A stretch of DNA of 64,000 nucleotides, taken from assembly GCA_964016885.1 (NCBI GenBank), contig OZ024740.1:301320001-301384000 (forward strand), written 5' to 3'. The notes under the pieces were generated by a model. It searched no databases and had not been told where the DNA came from. It saw only the letters and a list, made by a program, of their open reading frames with translations. Source of the DNA: Eledone cirrhosa (taxonomy: Eukaryota). Position numbers and translations under genes: made by a program. Below are positions 1 to 15,887 of this stretch, one piece after another. Each line of letters begins with the position of its first letter. The first letter of the stretch is position 1.

Positions 1-3000
1 AGGCGTCAGTCATCTTACCATCCCATTCCTTCTAACTAGCCTCTATGTCACGTGATTGATTCTTTAGAATCGGCCATTTGACTGGAAGCAGTGAGAATTT
101 CAGTACATAGAATCCAGTCCTCGCCTAGCTGTTCTTTCTACCGAATTATTATGTTTATATGAGCCGCCAGTGTCCGCGCATTGCCTGGAGGCTCAGCTGA
201 GAATAGACTCCCTGATGACGCAATGAATTCTCGACAGTTGGATTATGTAACTGTCTTTATCCCATTGCAGAAACTAATTAGTTGGAGTGAAAATTTAAGT
301 AAGTAAGTAAAAAATTTTTTTTAAAATCTTTTTAAAAAATATTTTCTTATTTTACGTCTTTTATATTATTGTTCTGCACCCTCCTGCATTGACCCACCCA
401 GGTACTATGACATAACCTGTGTATTTGCTGGCATGGACGTGCATCTGTGCGCCTATGTTAGTTGATATATTAAATTATCTATATTTATCTCCAAATCACT
501 GATTTGTCGAGCAAACCTGCCAAAATCACTTCAAAATTTTTTTTGGGGTGTTAGTAGGCGTCAGTCATCTTACCATTCCATTCCTTCTAACTAGCCTCTA
601 TGTCACGTGATTGATTCTTTAGAATCGGCCATTTGACTGGAAGCAGTGAGAATTTCAGTACATAGAATCCAGTCCTCGCCTAGCTGTTCTTTCTACCGAA
701 TTATTATTTTTATATGAGCCGCCAGTGTCCGCGCATTGCCTGGAGGCTCAGCTGAGAATAGACTCCCTGATGACGCAATGAATTCTCGACAGTTGGATTA
801 TGTAACTGTCTTTATCCCATTGCAGAAACTAATTAGTTGGAGTGAAAATTGAAGTAAGTAAGTAAAAAATTTTTTTTAAAGTTTTTAAAAAAAATATTTT
901 CTTATTTTACGTCTTTTATATTATTGTTCTGCACCCTCCTGCATTGCACCACCTAGGTACTATGACATAACCTGTGTATTTGCTGGCATGGACGTGCATC
1001 TGTGCGCCTATGTTAGTTGATATATTAAATTATCTATATTTATCTCCAAATCACTGATTTGTCGAGCAAACCTGCCAAAATCACTTCAAAATTTTTTTTG
1101 GGGTGTTAGTAGGCGTCAGTCATCTTACCATCCCATTCCTTCTAACTAGCCTCTATGTCACGTGATTGATTCTTTAGAATCGGCCATTTGACTGGAAGCA
1201 GTGAGAATTTCAGTACATAGAATCCAGTCCTCGCCTAGCTGTTCTTTCTACCGAATTATTATTTTTATATGAGCCGCCAGTGTCCGCGCATTGCCTGGAG
1301 GCTCAGCTGAGAATAGACTCCCTGATGACGCAATGAATTCTCGACAGTTCGATTATGTAACTGTCTTTATCCCATTGCAGAAACTAATTAGTTGGAGTGA
1401 AAATTGAAGTAAGTAAGTAAAAAATTTTTTTTAAAGTTTTTTTAAAAAATATTTTCTTATTTTACGTATTTTATATTATTGTTCTGCACCCTCCTGCATT
1501 GAACCACCTAGGTACTATGACATAACCTGTGTATTTGCTGGCATGGACGTGCATCTGTGCGCCTATGTTAGTTGATATATTAAATTATCTATATTTATCT
1601 CCAAATCACTGATTTGTCGAGCAAACCTGCCAAAATCACTTCAAAATTTTTTTTGGGGTGTTAGTAGGCGTCAGTCATCTTACCATCCCATTCCTTCTAA
1701 CTAGCCTCTATGTCACGTGATTGATTCTTTAGAATCGGCCATTTGACTGGAAGCAGTGACAATTTCAGTACATAGAATCCAGTCCTCGCCTAGCTGTTCT
1801 TTCTACCGAATTATTATTTTTATATGAGCCGCCAGTGTCCGCGCATTGCCTGGAGGCTCAGCTGAGAATAGACTCCCTGATGACGCAATGAATTCTCGAC
1901 AGTTGGATTATGTAACTGTCTTTATCCCATTGCAGAAACTAATTAGTTGGAGTGAAAATTTAAGTAAGTAAGTAAAAAATTTTTTTAAAAGTTTTTTTTA
2001 AAAATATTTTCTTATTTTACGTATTTTATATTATTGTTCTGCACCCTCCTGCATTGAACCACCTAGGTACTATGACATAACCTGTGTATTTGCTGGCATG
2101 GACGTGCATCTGTGCGCCTATGTTAGTTGATATATTAAATTATCTATATTTATCTCCAAATCACTGATTTGTCGAGCAAACCTGCCAAAACCACTTCAAA
2201 AATTTTTTGGCGTGTTAGTAGGCGTCAGTCATCTTACCGTCCCATTCCTTCTAACTAGCCTCTATGTCACGTGATTGATTCTTTAGAATCGGCCATTTGA
2301 CTGGAAGCAGTGAGAATTTCAGTACATAGAATCCAGTCCTCGCCTAGCTGTTCTTTCTACCGAATTATTATTTTTATATGAGCCGCCAGTGTCCGCGCAT
2401 TGCCTGGAGGCTCAGCTGAGAATAGACTCCCTGATGACGCAATGAATTCTCGACAGTTGGATTATGTAACTGTCTTTATCCCATTGCAGAAACTAATTAG
2501 TTGGAGTGAAAATTTAAGTAAGTAACTAAAAAATTTTTTTTAAAATCTTTTTAAAAAATATTTTCTTATTTTACGTCTTTTATATTATTGTTCTGCACCC
2601 TCCTGCATTGAACCACCTAGGTACTATGACATAACCTGTGTATTTGCTGGCATGGACGTGCATCTATGCGCCTATGTTAGTTGATATATTAAATTATCTA
2701 TATTTATCTCCAAATCACTGATTTGTCGAGCAAACCTGCCAAAACCACTTCAAAATTTTTTTTGGGGTGTTAGTAGGCGTCAGTCATCTTAGCATCCCAT
2801 TCCTTCTAACTAGCCTCTATGTCACGTGATTGATTCTTTAGAATCGGCCATTTGACTGGAAGCAGTGAGAATTTCAGTACATAGAATCCAGTCCTCGCCT
2901 AGCTGTTCTTTCTACCGAATTATTATGTTTATATGAGCCGCCAGTGTCCGCGCATTGCCTGGAGGCTCAGCTGAGAATAGACTCCCTGATGACGCAATGA

Positions 3001-6000
3001 ATTCTCGACAGTTGGATTATGTAACTGTCTTTATCCCATTGCAGAAACTAATTAGTTGGAGTGAAAATTTAAGTAAGTAAGTAAAAAATTTTTTTTTAAA
3101 TCTTTTTAAAAAATATTTTCTTATTTTACGTCTTTTATATTATTGTTCTGCACCCTCCTGCATTGAACCACCTAGGTACTATGACATAACCTGTTTATTT
3201 GCTGGCATGGACGTGCATCTGTGCGCCTATGTTAGTTGATATATAAAATTATCTATATTTATCTCCAAATCACTGATTTGTCGAGCAAACCTGCCAAAAT
3301 CACTTCAAAATTTTTTTTGGGGTGTTAGTAGGCGTCAGTCATCTTACCATTCCATTCCTTCTAACTAGCCTCTATGTCACGTGATTGATTCTTTAGAATC
3401 GGCCATTTGACTGGAAGCAGTGAGAATTTCAGTACATAGAATCCAGTCCTCGCCTAGCTGTTCTTTCTACCGAATTATTATTTTTATATGAGCCGCCAGT
3501 GTCCGCGCATTGCCTGGAGGCTCAGCTGAGAATAGACTCCCTGATGACGCAATGAATTCTCGACAGTTGGATTATGTAACTGTCTTTATCCCATTGCAGA
3601 AACTAATTAGTTGGAGTGAAAATTGAAGTAAGTAAGTAAAAAATTTTTTTTAAAGTTTTTTTAAAAAATATTTTCTTATTTTACGTATTTTATATTATTG
3701 TTCTGCACCCTCCTGCATTGAACCACCTAGGTACTATGACATAACCTGTGTATTTGCTGGCATGGACGTGCATCTGTGCGCCTATGTTAGTTGATATATT
3801 AAATTATCTATATTTATCTCCAAATCACTGATTTGTCGAGCAAACCTGCCAAAACCACTTCAAAATTTTTTTTGGGGTGTTAGTAGGCGTCAGTCATCTT
3901 ACCATCCCATTCCTTCTAACTAGCCTCTATGTCACGTGATTGATTCTTTAGAATCGGCCATTTGACTGGAAGCAGTGACAATTTCAGTACATAGAATCCA
4001 GTCCTCGCCTAGCTGTTCTTTCTACCGAATTATTATTTTTATATGAGCCGCCAGTGTCCGCGCATTGCCTGGAGGCTCAGCTGAGAATAGACTCCCTGAT
4101 GACGCAATGAATTCTCGACAGTTGGATTATGTAACTGTCTTTATCCCATTGCAGAAACTAATTAGTTGGAGTGAAAATTTAAGTAAGTAAGTAAAAAATT
4201 TTTTTAAAAGTTTTTTTTAAAAATATTTTCTTATTTTACGTATTTTATATTATTGTTCTGCACCCTCCTGCATTGAACCACCTAGGTACTATGACATAAC
4301 CTGTGTATTTGCTGGCATGGACGTGCATCTGTGCGCCTATGTTAGTTGATATATTAAATTATCTATATTTATCTCCAAATCACTGATTTGTCGAGCAAAC
4401 CTGCCAAAACCACTTCAAAATTTTTTTTGGGGTGTTAGTAGGCGTCAGTCATCTTACCATCCCATTCCTTCTAACTAGCCTCTATGTCACGTGATTGATT
4501 CTTTAGAATCGGCCATTTGACTGGAAGCAGTGAGAATTTCAGTACATAGAATCCAGTCCTCGCCTAGCTGTTCTTTCTACCGAATTATTATTTTTATATG
4601 AGCCGCCAGTGTCCGCGCATTGCCTGGAGGCTCAGCTGAGAATAGACTCCCTGATGACGCAATGAATTCTCGACAGTTGGATTATGTAACTGTCTTTATC
4701 CCATTGCAGAAACTAATTAGTTGGAGTGAAAATTTAAGTAAGTAAGTAAAAATTTTTTTTAAAAATCTTTTTAAAAAATCTTTTCTTATTTTACGTCTTT
4801 TATATTATTGTTCTGCACCCTCCTGCATTGAACCACCTAGGTACTATGACATAACCTGTGTATTTGCTGGCATGGACGTGCATCTGTGCGCCTATGTTAG
4901 TTGATATATTAAATTATCTATATTTATCTCAAAATCACTGATTTGTCGAGCAAACCTGCCAAAACCACTTCAAAATTTTTTTTGGGGTGTTAGTAGGCGT
5001 CAGTCACCTTACCATCCCATTCCTTCTAACTAGCCTCTATGTCACGTGATTGATTCTTTAGAATCGGCCATTTGACTGGAAGCAGTGAGAATTTCAGTAC
5101 ATAGAATCCAGTCCTCGCCTAGCTGTTCTTTCTACCGAATTATTATGTTTATATGAGCCGCCAGTGTCCGCGCATTGCCTGGAGGCTCAGCTGAGAATAG
5201 ACTCCCTGATGACGCAATGAATTCTCGACAGTTGGATTATGTAACTGTCTTTATCCCATTGCAGAAACTAATTAGTTGGAGTGAAAATTTAAGTAAGTAA
5301 GTAAAAAATTTTTTTAAAAATCTTTTTAAAAAATATTTTCTTATTTTACGTCTTTTATATTATTGTTCTGCACCCTCCTGCATTGAACCACCTAGGTACT
5401 ATGACATAACCTGTGTATTTGCTGGCATGGACGTGCATCTGTGCGCCTATGTTAGTTGATATATAAAATTATCTATATTTATCTCCAAATCACTGATTTG
5501 TCGAGCAAACCTGCCAAAATCACTTCAAAATTTTTTTTGGGGTGTTAGTAGGCGTCAGTCATCTTACCATTCCATTCCTTCTAACTAGCCTCTATGTCAC
5601 GTGATTGATTCTTTAGAATCGGCCATTTGACTGGAAGCAGTGAGAATTTCAGTACATAGAATCCAGTCCTCGCCTAGCTGTTCTTTCTACCGAATTATTA
5701 TTTTTATATGAGCCGCCAGTGTCCGCGCATTGCCTGGAGTCTCAGCTGAGAATAGACTCCCTGATGACGCAATGAATTCTCGACAGTTGGATTATGTAAC
5801 TGTCTTTATCCCATTGCAGAAACTAATTAGTTGGAGTGAAAATTGAAGTAAGTAAGTAAAACATTTTTTTTAAAGTTTTTTTAAAAAATATTTTCTTATT
5901 TTACGTATTTTATATTATTGTTCTGCACCCTCCTGCATTGAACCACCTAGGTACTATGACATAACCTGTGTATTTGCTGGCATGGACGTGCATCTGTGCG

Positions 6001-7579
6001 CCTATGTTAGTTGATATATTAAATTATCTATATTTATCTCCAAATCACTGATTTGTCGAGCAAACCTGCCAAAACCACTTCAACATTTTTTTGGGGGTGT
6101 TAGTAGGCGTCAGTCATCTTACCATCCCATTCCTTCTAACTAGCCTCTATGTCACGTGAGTGATTCTTTAGAATCGGCCATTTGACTGGAAGCAGTGAGA
6201 ATTTCAGTACATAGAATCCAGTCCTCGCCTAGCTGTTCTTTCTACCGAATTATTATGTTTATATGAGCCGCCAGTGTCCGCGCATTGCCTGGAGGCTCAG
6301 CTGAGAATAGACTCCCTGATGACGCAATGAATTCTCGACAGTTGGATTATATAACTGACTTTATGCCTTTGCAGAAACTAATTAGTTGGAGTGAAAATTT
6401 AAGTAAGTAAGTAAAAAATTTTTTTAAAAGTTTTTTTAAAAAATATTTTCTTATTTTACGTCTTTTATATTATTGTTCTGCACCCTCCTGCATTGAACCA
6501 CCTAGGTACTATGACATAACCTGTGTATTTGCTGGCATGGACGTGCATCTATGCGCCTATGTTAGTTGATATATTAAATTATCTATATTTATCTCCAAAT
6601 CACTGATTTGTCGAGCAAACCTGCCAAAACCACTTCAAAATTTTTTTTGGGGTGTTAGTAGGCGTCAGTCATCTTACCATCCCATTCCTTCTAACTAGCC
6701 TCTATGTCACGTGATTGATTCTTTAGAATCGGCCATTTGACTGGAAGCAGTGAGAATTTCAGTACATAGAATCCAGTCCTCGCCTAGCTGTTCTTTCTAC
6801 CGAATTATTATTTTTATATGAGCCGCCAGTGTCCGCGCATTGCCTGGAGGCTCAGCTGAGAATAGACTCCCTGATGACGCAATGAATTCTCGACAGTTGG
6901 ATTATGTAACTGTCTTTATCCCATTACAGAAACTAATTAGTTGGAGTGAAAATTTAAGTAAGTAAGTAAAAAATTTTTTTAAAAACTTTTTTTAAAAAAT
7001 ATTTTCTTATTTTACGTCTTTTATATTATTGTTCTGCACCCTCCTGCATTGAACCACCTAGGTACTATGACATAACCTGTGTATTTGCTGGCATGGACGT
7101 GCATCTGTGCGCCTATGTTAGTTGATATATTAAATTATCTATATTTATCTCCAAATCACTGATTTGTCGAGCAAACCTGCCAAAACCACTTCAAAATTTT
7201 TTTTGGGGTGTTAGTAGGCGTCAGTCATCTTACCATCCCATTCCTTCTAACTAGCCTCTATGTCACGTGATTGATTCTTTAGAATCGGCCATTTGACTGG
7301 AAGCAGTGAGAATTTCAGTACATAGAATCCAGTCCTCGCCTAGCTGTTCTTTCTACCGAATTATTATTTTTATATGAGCCGCCAGTGTCCGCGCATTGCC
7401 TGGAGGCTCAGCTGAGAATAGACTCCCTGATGACGCAATGAATTCTCGACAGTTGGATTATGTAACTGTCTTTATCCCATTGCAGAAACTAATTAGTTGG
7501 AGTGAAAATTTAAGTAAGTAAGTAAAAAATTTTTAAAAAAATTTTTTTAAAAAATATTTTCTTATTTTACGTCTTTTAT
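1..7579 (+). repeat. 555-bp tandem array (about 13.6 near-identical units, continues beyond the window start); candidate hammerhead-ribozyme retrozyme array
   Basis: AGGCGTCAGTCA recurs at 1, 556, 1111, 1666, 2220, 2775, 3330, 3885, 4440, 4995, 5550, 6105, 6660 and 7216. The array ends at ...TTACGTCTTTTATA, directly into (TA)n. Confidence 0.99.
207..288 (+). ncRNA. Type-I hammerhead ribozyme motif (first of 14 copies, one per 555-bp unit)
   Basis: Helix I ACTCC(207-211)/GGAGT(284-288); core CTGATGA 212-218; helix II GCAATG(220-225)/CATTGC(263-268) with inner hairpin GACAGTT/AACTGTC; GAAA 270-273; palindromic helix III ACTAATTAGT; predicted cleavage after GTT (283). The first helix II position is a non-canonical C.A. 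Confidence 0.85.
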
Positions 7580-7580
7580 A

Positions 7581-7612
<32 letters not shown>

Positions 7613-7641
7613 CATATATATATATACATATATATATATAC

Positions 7642-7720
<79 letters not shown>
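7577..7720. repeat. (TA)n microsatellite abutting the array end
   Basis: Direct read. Many further (TA)n/(TG)n/(TC)n tracts occur, e.g. 10195-10500, 12855-13160, 13960-14165, 14410-14583, 15205-15552, 17232-17415, 26313-26716, 28828-29127, 41990-42185, 61722-61900, 62135-62263. Confidence 0.98.
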
Positions 7721-7725
<5 letters not shown>

Positions 7726-7897
7726 GGGTGGATGTGTGGGTGTGTATGTGTAATAGATGTATAGATGTATAGAATGAAAATCACTTTAAGCATAGCAATC
7801 ACCAGTTCTGACACACTAGCCAGACAAAGGCACAAATATATACACATATGAATCTTTGTACCTATGATAATGTCACATATACACTGAGACACACACA

Positions 7898-7937
<40 letters not shown>

Positions 7938-8598
7938 TTAATTAAGGTGATAGCAGCAATGAACTAAAGAACAAACTGATATATTTTTCTACATCGTAAT
8001 TGCGTCAGAGCTTTTCAAACTGGTCTACATATGTGTGCATTATATATATTGTTTGCGAACTCAATATGACTTTGTATTACTCACACCTCATTTTCATGTC
8101 AGGTATCTAGCATATTCACGTGCTCATCCCCTCCTCGTCTCTCTCCTAAAAAAAAAGATTTGTATACCCTATGCCCGCATTGTCCTCCCTGAAATGCATG
8201 CTTCTGAAAATTTGAGCCACACTAACCTCTCCGCCACAAAGTGTCCAATATACCAAATTACAAAATAACCTCATAATAACCACCTTTCCCTTCACACACT
8301 TGGTGCCAATCAGGATATCAGTCTATTTACCTATTTCTCAATATTGATGACGGCCCGATTGAATCCCCAAATCAATCAATTGTGTATCATATTTTTAATT
8401 TATAGGGAATGTCTATCTTCTGGCAGGTTTACATGACTACACATCGAATTAAACTCTGATGCCATCTCGGTTACCCACTCTATAAATATAGAGATATAGC
8501 TGTATCTTACACTTCGACCGTTAGATAAACTCTAACACACACATACAAACGACTCCCCCCCCCCCTACACACACACACACACATATGTATATATAGTA

Positions 8599-10503
<1,905 letters not shown>

Positions 10504-10611
10504 GCGTACGAGATATATAAACGCACATATAAACTTAAACATAAATTTGTAAATAAGTAAAAAATATTAATAAATACCCATTAAAATGTTATTCTTGCCA
10601 AAAAAAGAAAA

Positions 10612-10669
10612 ATACTACATATATTTCAATGGCCTGATTACGTTAGATTCTGATGTCATCATCAGGTAC
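10612..10669 (-). ncRNA. Degenerate hammerhead ribozyme relic
   Basis: Minus strand reads GTAC-CTGATGA-...-GAAA-TATATG-TA-GTAT. Cores and helices I/III are present; helix II pairs poorly. Confidence 0.5.
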
Positions 10670-11779
10670 AGATAGCATAATTAGTTGATCAATAACTTCA
10701 CAATTATATGTGTGTGTTTATATTGTTAAAGAAAAGAAAAGCAGAGTGATTTGGTCGTTCTATAATGACTGATTTAATGACTCTCCTCATCTCCACAAGG
10801 TCCCAAAAAATGATATAACTGTAACGTCTAGATTCAATTATTGAAGAGGGGGAAATTAATTAATTCATTAATTAGTGAATTCCAAAGTCTCAAGGAATGG
10901 AGACAAATTTTGACGTCATGTGTGTAACTCAGTAAGTCATCAGACCGTCAGTTGGTCATGTAACACACACAAGATAATTATTGATAGCAGTCATATTAAT
11001 GATCACGCTGATAAAATTATGTGGGGTAGCTTTTAAGTATATAGTTGAATGTAAAATTGAAAAATGAGTAACTAAAACCAAAACAAAATAAAGTTACAGT
11101 TAAAATAAAATAAAATTAAATCATTTGCTAGTATTGTGTCTTATGGGTGGCTCAATATTAGATTACATATGGTATACATTGTAAATATATGATATAAGAT
11201 AAAATAAGAAAATATAGAAAACTAGGGTGTGGATTAATGATACATTTTATATTTTGTATTATGTATGTCCCTGTGTAATAATTATAATCGAGAACTATAT
11301 CGAATGTTATGCAGTGCGTAAATTTCATGGGGGATAATTAAATATACAATTAATGGATGGTTAATAAGTAAAAGAGATAGTGAAAAGCAATTAATTAATG
11401 ATAATGATTAACATAAGCTATTGGAACGGGGACCCTACTTCAAATGTGAAATATGTGATATTAGAAAACATAAGAGGTATAGATAACCTGTACTTTACGG
11501 TGTAGACAAGTTATATTTGAAATATATAATGTAAGAAAATCTGTAAGAAAATCCCCAAATCCAATTCAATGAAATAAAAGGAAATAAGGTAAAATAAGGT
11601 AAAATAAAATATAATCGAATAATATGTAATGTAATGTCTTAAATGCAACTTTCAATAAAAATACCTGGAAAAAAAAGCTATAACGTTAAATCTGAGTCTG
11701 TATAATATATAAATGGTCACGTAGAATCAAAAGGTATCATGTGGATGAACAAAACAATTCATAGGTTTCGTCAGAAATC

Positions 11780-12790
11780 ACGGTGGTCCATATAGTATAT
11801 ATAGCATGGTCCGAGTTTTGAGGTAGATTAAGTTGGTGTCGGATTTCTATTCTCCAAAGTATCGACTGTCAAAAGAGCTGTATTGTTTATGTTGTGTAGT
11901 TCACCAATGGATAGAAGTAATCATTCCGTTTAGCTAATTATTAATTATTAGTAAGAATTGCACACTAAGTTCTTCCTTGATGTCGAAAAGAAGGTCAGGA
12001 TATTCTAGTATAGGCTCAAGTACAGGATAGTAATCATTCTCTCCTCATATACTCAGTATACTCCCTTCCACCGCTTCACATTTCTTCCCACTAATTTTTT
12101 TTATTCTGGTGAGCGAGTTACTTATTTAGTGGTTGATGGAGCGTAATTTAGTACTTTTGGAATGTGGTTGTTGTAGTTAACGTACTGACGTTATGTTGTA
12201 TGGCTGTATCATTCACCCCCCTCCCCCCATCCCCTACCATTCGATGTGTTTGCCTGTTTGCACACACATGCGTACATTTGTTGTCAATCATGAGAGGTGT
12301 GCATGCTCAGCCTGAGATACAGGTACGTGTTATAAATACAATCCTCTGGTTTAAAGAAGTGACGAGTTCCCTCTTTCTGTAGAATAGTCGTCTTTGGTCA
12401 ACAGAATGTGTACGGTGTCCACGGTGCAGAAGTTACACGGGAAGTGGCTCGCAGCGTAAGGTTTGGACTTTGTTGAGAGACTTCATTGCAGTTTGCAGGT
12501 CTTATTTTTATCGCGTAGGTCCTAAGTGTGTCGGGGTGGTGCTGATGCCTTCTACGACCAAGTTTCTACAACTCTGTTGATACTAGTAGAATTTTGTTTC
12601 AAATTCGCAAACAGTGAGGCCTATGTATGTATTGTGTTTTATGTGATGATAGTTGTTCTTGTGAGTAGGAATTTGACCTGTGTTTGCTGACGGATTTGTG
12701 GCAACCTTGGTTCAGGATTGAGCGTCCATTCAGTAGTTTAAAGAAGGCAACCGCAATATTATGGCTGCTAACCGGTATTAGTGGTGAATC
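11780..12790 (-). pseudogene. Possible highly decayed Penelope-like element coding remnant
   Basis: Minus-strand peptide patches are only loosely reminiscent of the PLE thumb/GIY-YIG region and contain many stops. It lies upstream of the same-strand HHR relic at 10612-10669. Confidence 0.25.
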
Positions 12791-12854
12791 AGTTAAATGT
12801 GTACTTATATGTAAAAAGTATTTCTCTCTTTCTATATATGATTATATATATATT

Positions 12855-12994
<140 letters not shown>

Positions 12995-12995
12995 C

Positions 12996-13029
<34 letters not shown>

Positions 13030-13041
13030 GTATATATATTA

Positions 13042-13094
<53 letters not shown>

Positions 13095-13105
13095 ATGTAT
13101 ATGTA

Positions 13106-13141
<36 letters not shown>

Positions 13142-13336
13142 ATATATATATATATATATATATCAGAGCAAACAACACGGACACTCTATATCAAAATTAT
13201 TTTTGAAAAGCATTTAGAAATGCGAACCCATACAATTAATAATACTCTTTTATTCCTAATTAAACCATTTTTCAACTGTGAACAATTTGTCAGTTTACCA
13301 ATATATAATAACTTGTGTGTTACACCTCTATTCCTT

Positions 13337-13371
<35 letters not shown>

Positions 13372-13379
<8 letters not shown>

Positions 13380-13903
13380 ATACTTGGGGAGGGTCATATT
13401 TGTGTAATATTGCCAGAATGAATAACAGAACACACTCACTGTTTGGTTGGTTTTCACTTTTCGCTTCTGTGTCTTTTATATCGGTAATCTAATATATTCG
13501 GTCCTCAATGTTGCCATTGACTGACCAACGGTCAGAAATAATACAGATACAATATAGACAGAAACACATATATATAGCTTATCAAAGTTATCTTTCGTTG
13601 CACATCTGCAACATCGTCAGTGGTGCTATTGTTTCCTCCGGTTGCATTGTATTTTCTACGCCATCTTTATTTGAACGAAAGAACTTTGATAAACTATATA
13701 TATATGTGTTTGTGTCTATATTGTATCTGTATTATTATTTTTGACCGTTGGTCAGTCTATGGCAACATTGAGGACCGAATAAATTAGATTACCGATATAA
13801 AAGACACAGAAGCGAAAAGCGAAAACCATCCAAACAGTGAGTGTGTTCTGTTATTAATTCTGGCAATATTACATAAATATGACCCTCCCCAAGTAAAACA
13901 ATA
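13372..13903. repeat. Fold-back element: ~230-bp inverted arms with ~75-bp spacer
   Basis: 13372-13599 (TATTGTTATACTTGGGGAGGGTCATATTT...) is the reverse complement of 13674-13903 (...AAATATGACCCTCCCCAAGTAAAACAATA); the left arm starts at (TA)n. Confidence 0.95.
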
Positions 13904-13958
13904 TTTGTTTCGACACAAGATTTCATATAAAAAACCTTGCAAAACTAATTCATCGCCG

Positions 13959-14028
<70 letters not shown>

Positions 14029-14067
14029 CGAAGGAAATGTTTTAATGAACCAAGTGGACCATAACGC

Positions 14068-14149
<82 letters not shown>

Positions 14150-14440
14150 TGTGTGTGTGTGTGTGAGAAGGTGTTTAAAATGGTGTAAATTTCCATACGA
14201 ACCAAAGGTTATATTTAAAAAGTTATGGCGGAAAGTCACAGATGTATTTTTAAAGATTATTTTTTTCTTTAATCTGGCAGGATATATAATTTCATAATTG
14301 TTGCATTATAAAGCAGGAGTTTTGGAACTGTTCATTCTGTCGGATTAAAGAAAAATATAATCTTTAAATATACATGAGTTCTCATACTTTAAACTAACAA
14401 TATTACACTATATATATGTATATTCGTATGTAGATATACG

Positions 14441-14830
<390 letters not shown>

Positions 14831-15201
14831 ATGCTCAACCCACCGTGACGTCTAAAACAATCAACTTTACTAATCCAGTGCAACTACACACCGATTGGTC
14901 GAAATACAGTTTGCAAAACTTAGCATTCTGTAGCCGCTTTTTATGGTATAAAAGGCACAACATTTACCCATCTCATTACAGTTGAAAATTGCAAACTTGA
15001 CTGCCACTACAGAATGTGAACCTGAAGATTACGAAGGCATGAGTATACTTGTTCAATTAACACTTAACATTTAATATTCTACCATACAATTTCATTATAA
15101 TATCATGATAATTTTAAAGGATTGTAAATAAAACGAGTAGATCAGACAAAGGTGGAATTCCTTTTATTAATATAATCTTCTATACACAATCATACGCACC
15201 C

Positions 15202-15253
<52 letters not shown>

Positions 15254-15263
15254 TTGTATATAT

Positions 15264-15306
<43 letters not shown>

Positions 15307-15366
15307 ATGTATTTAGATGTATATGTATATATATGTGTGTATATACATATATATATACATATAAAC

Positions 15367-15398
<32 letters not shown>

Positions 15399-15413
15399 GT
15401 GTATATATATATT

Positions 15414-15799
<386 letters not shown>

Positions 15800-15887
15800 A
15801 TAACTCCGCAATATATATCTCCGTTGAATGCTCCCTATCCGCATACTGAAGTACTGGATTTTACCAACACTTACTTCGTGCTTATAT

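Noticed and set aside
47-225. E-box GTCACGTGA and CRE/CEBP-like TGACGCAA in each array unit as regulatory sites
   Set aside because: Short motifs with no independent support; the second overlaps the HHR core and is changed in the solo copy.
1-7579. CRISPR array, or a 5S/snRNA/tRNA gene array
   Set aside because: Units are full-length near-identical with no variable spacers, and I recognise no 5S, U snRNA or tRNA sequence in them.
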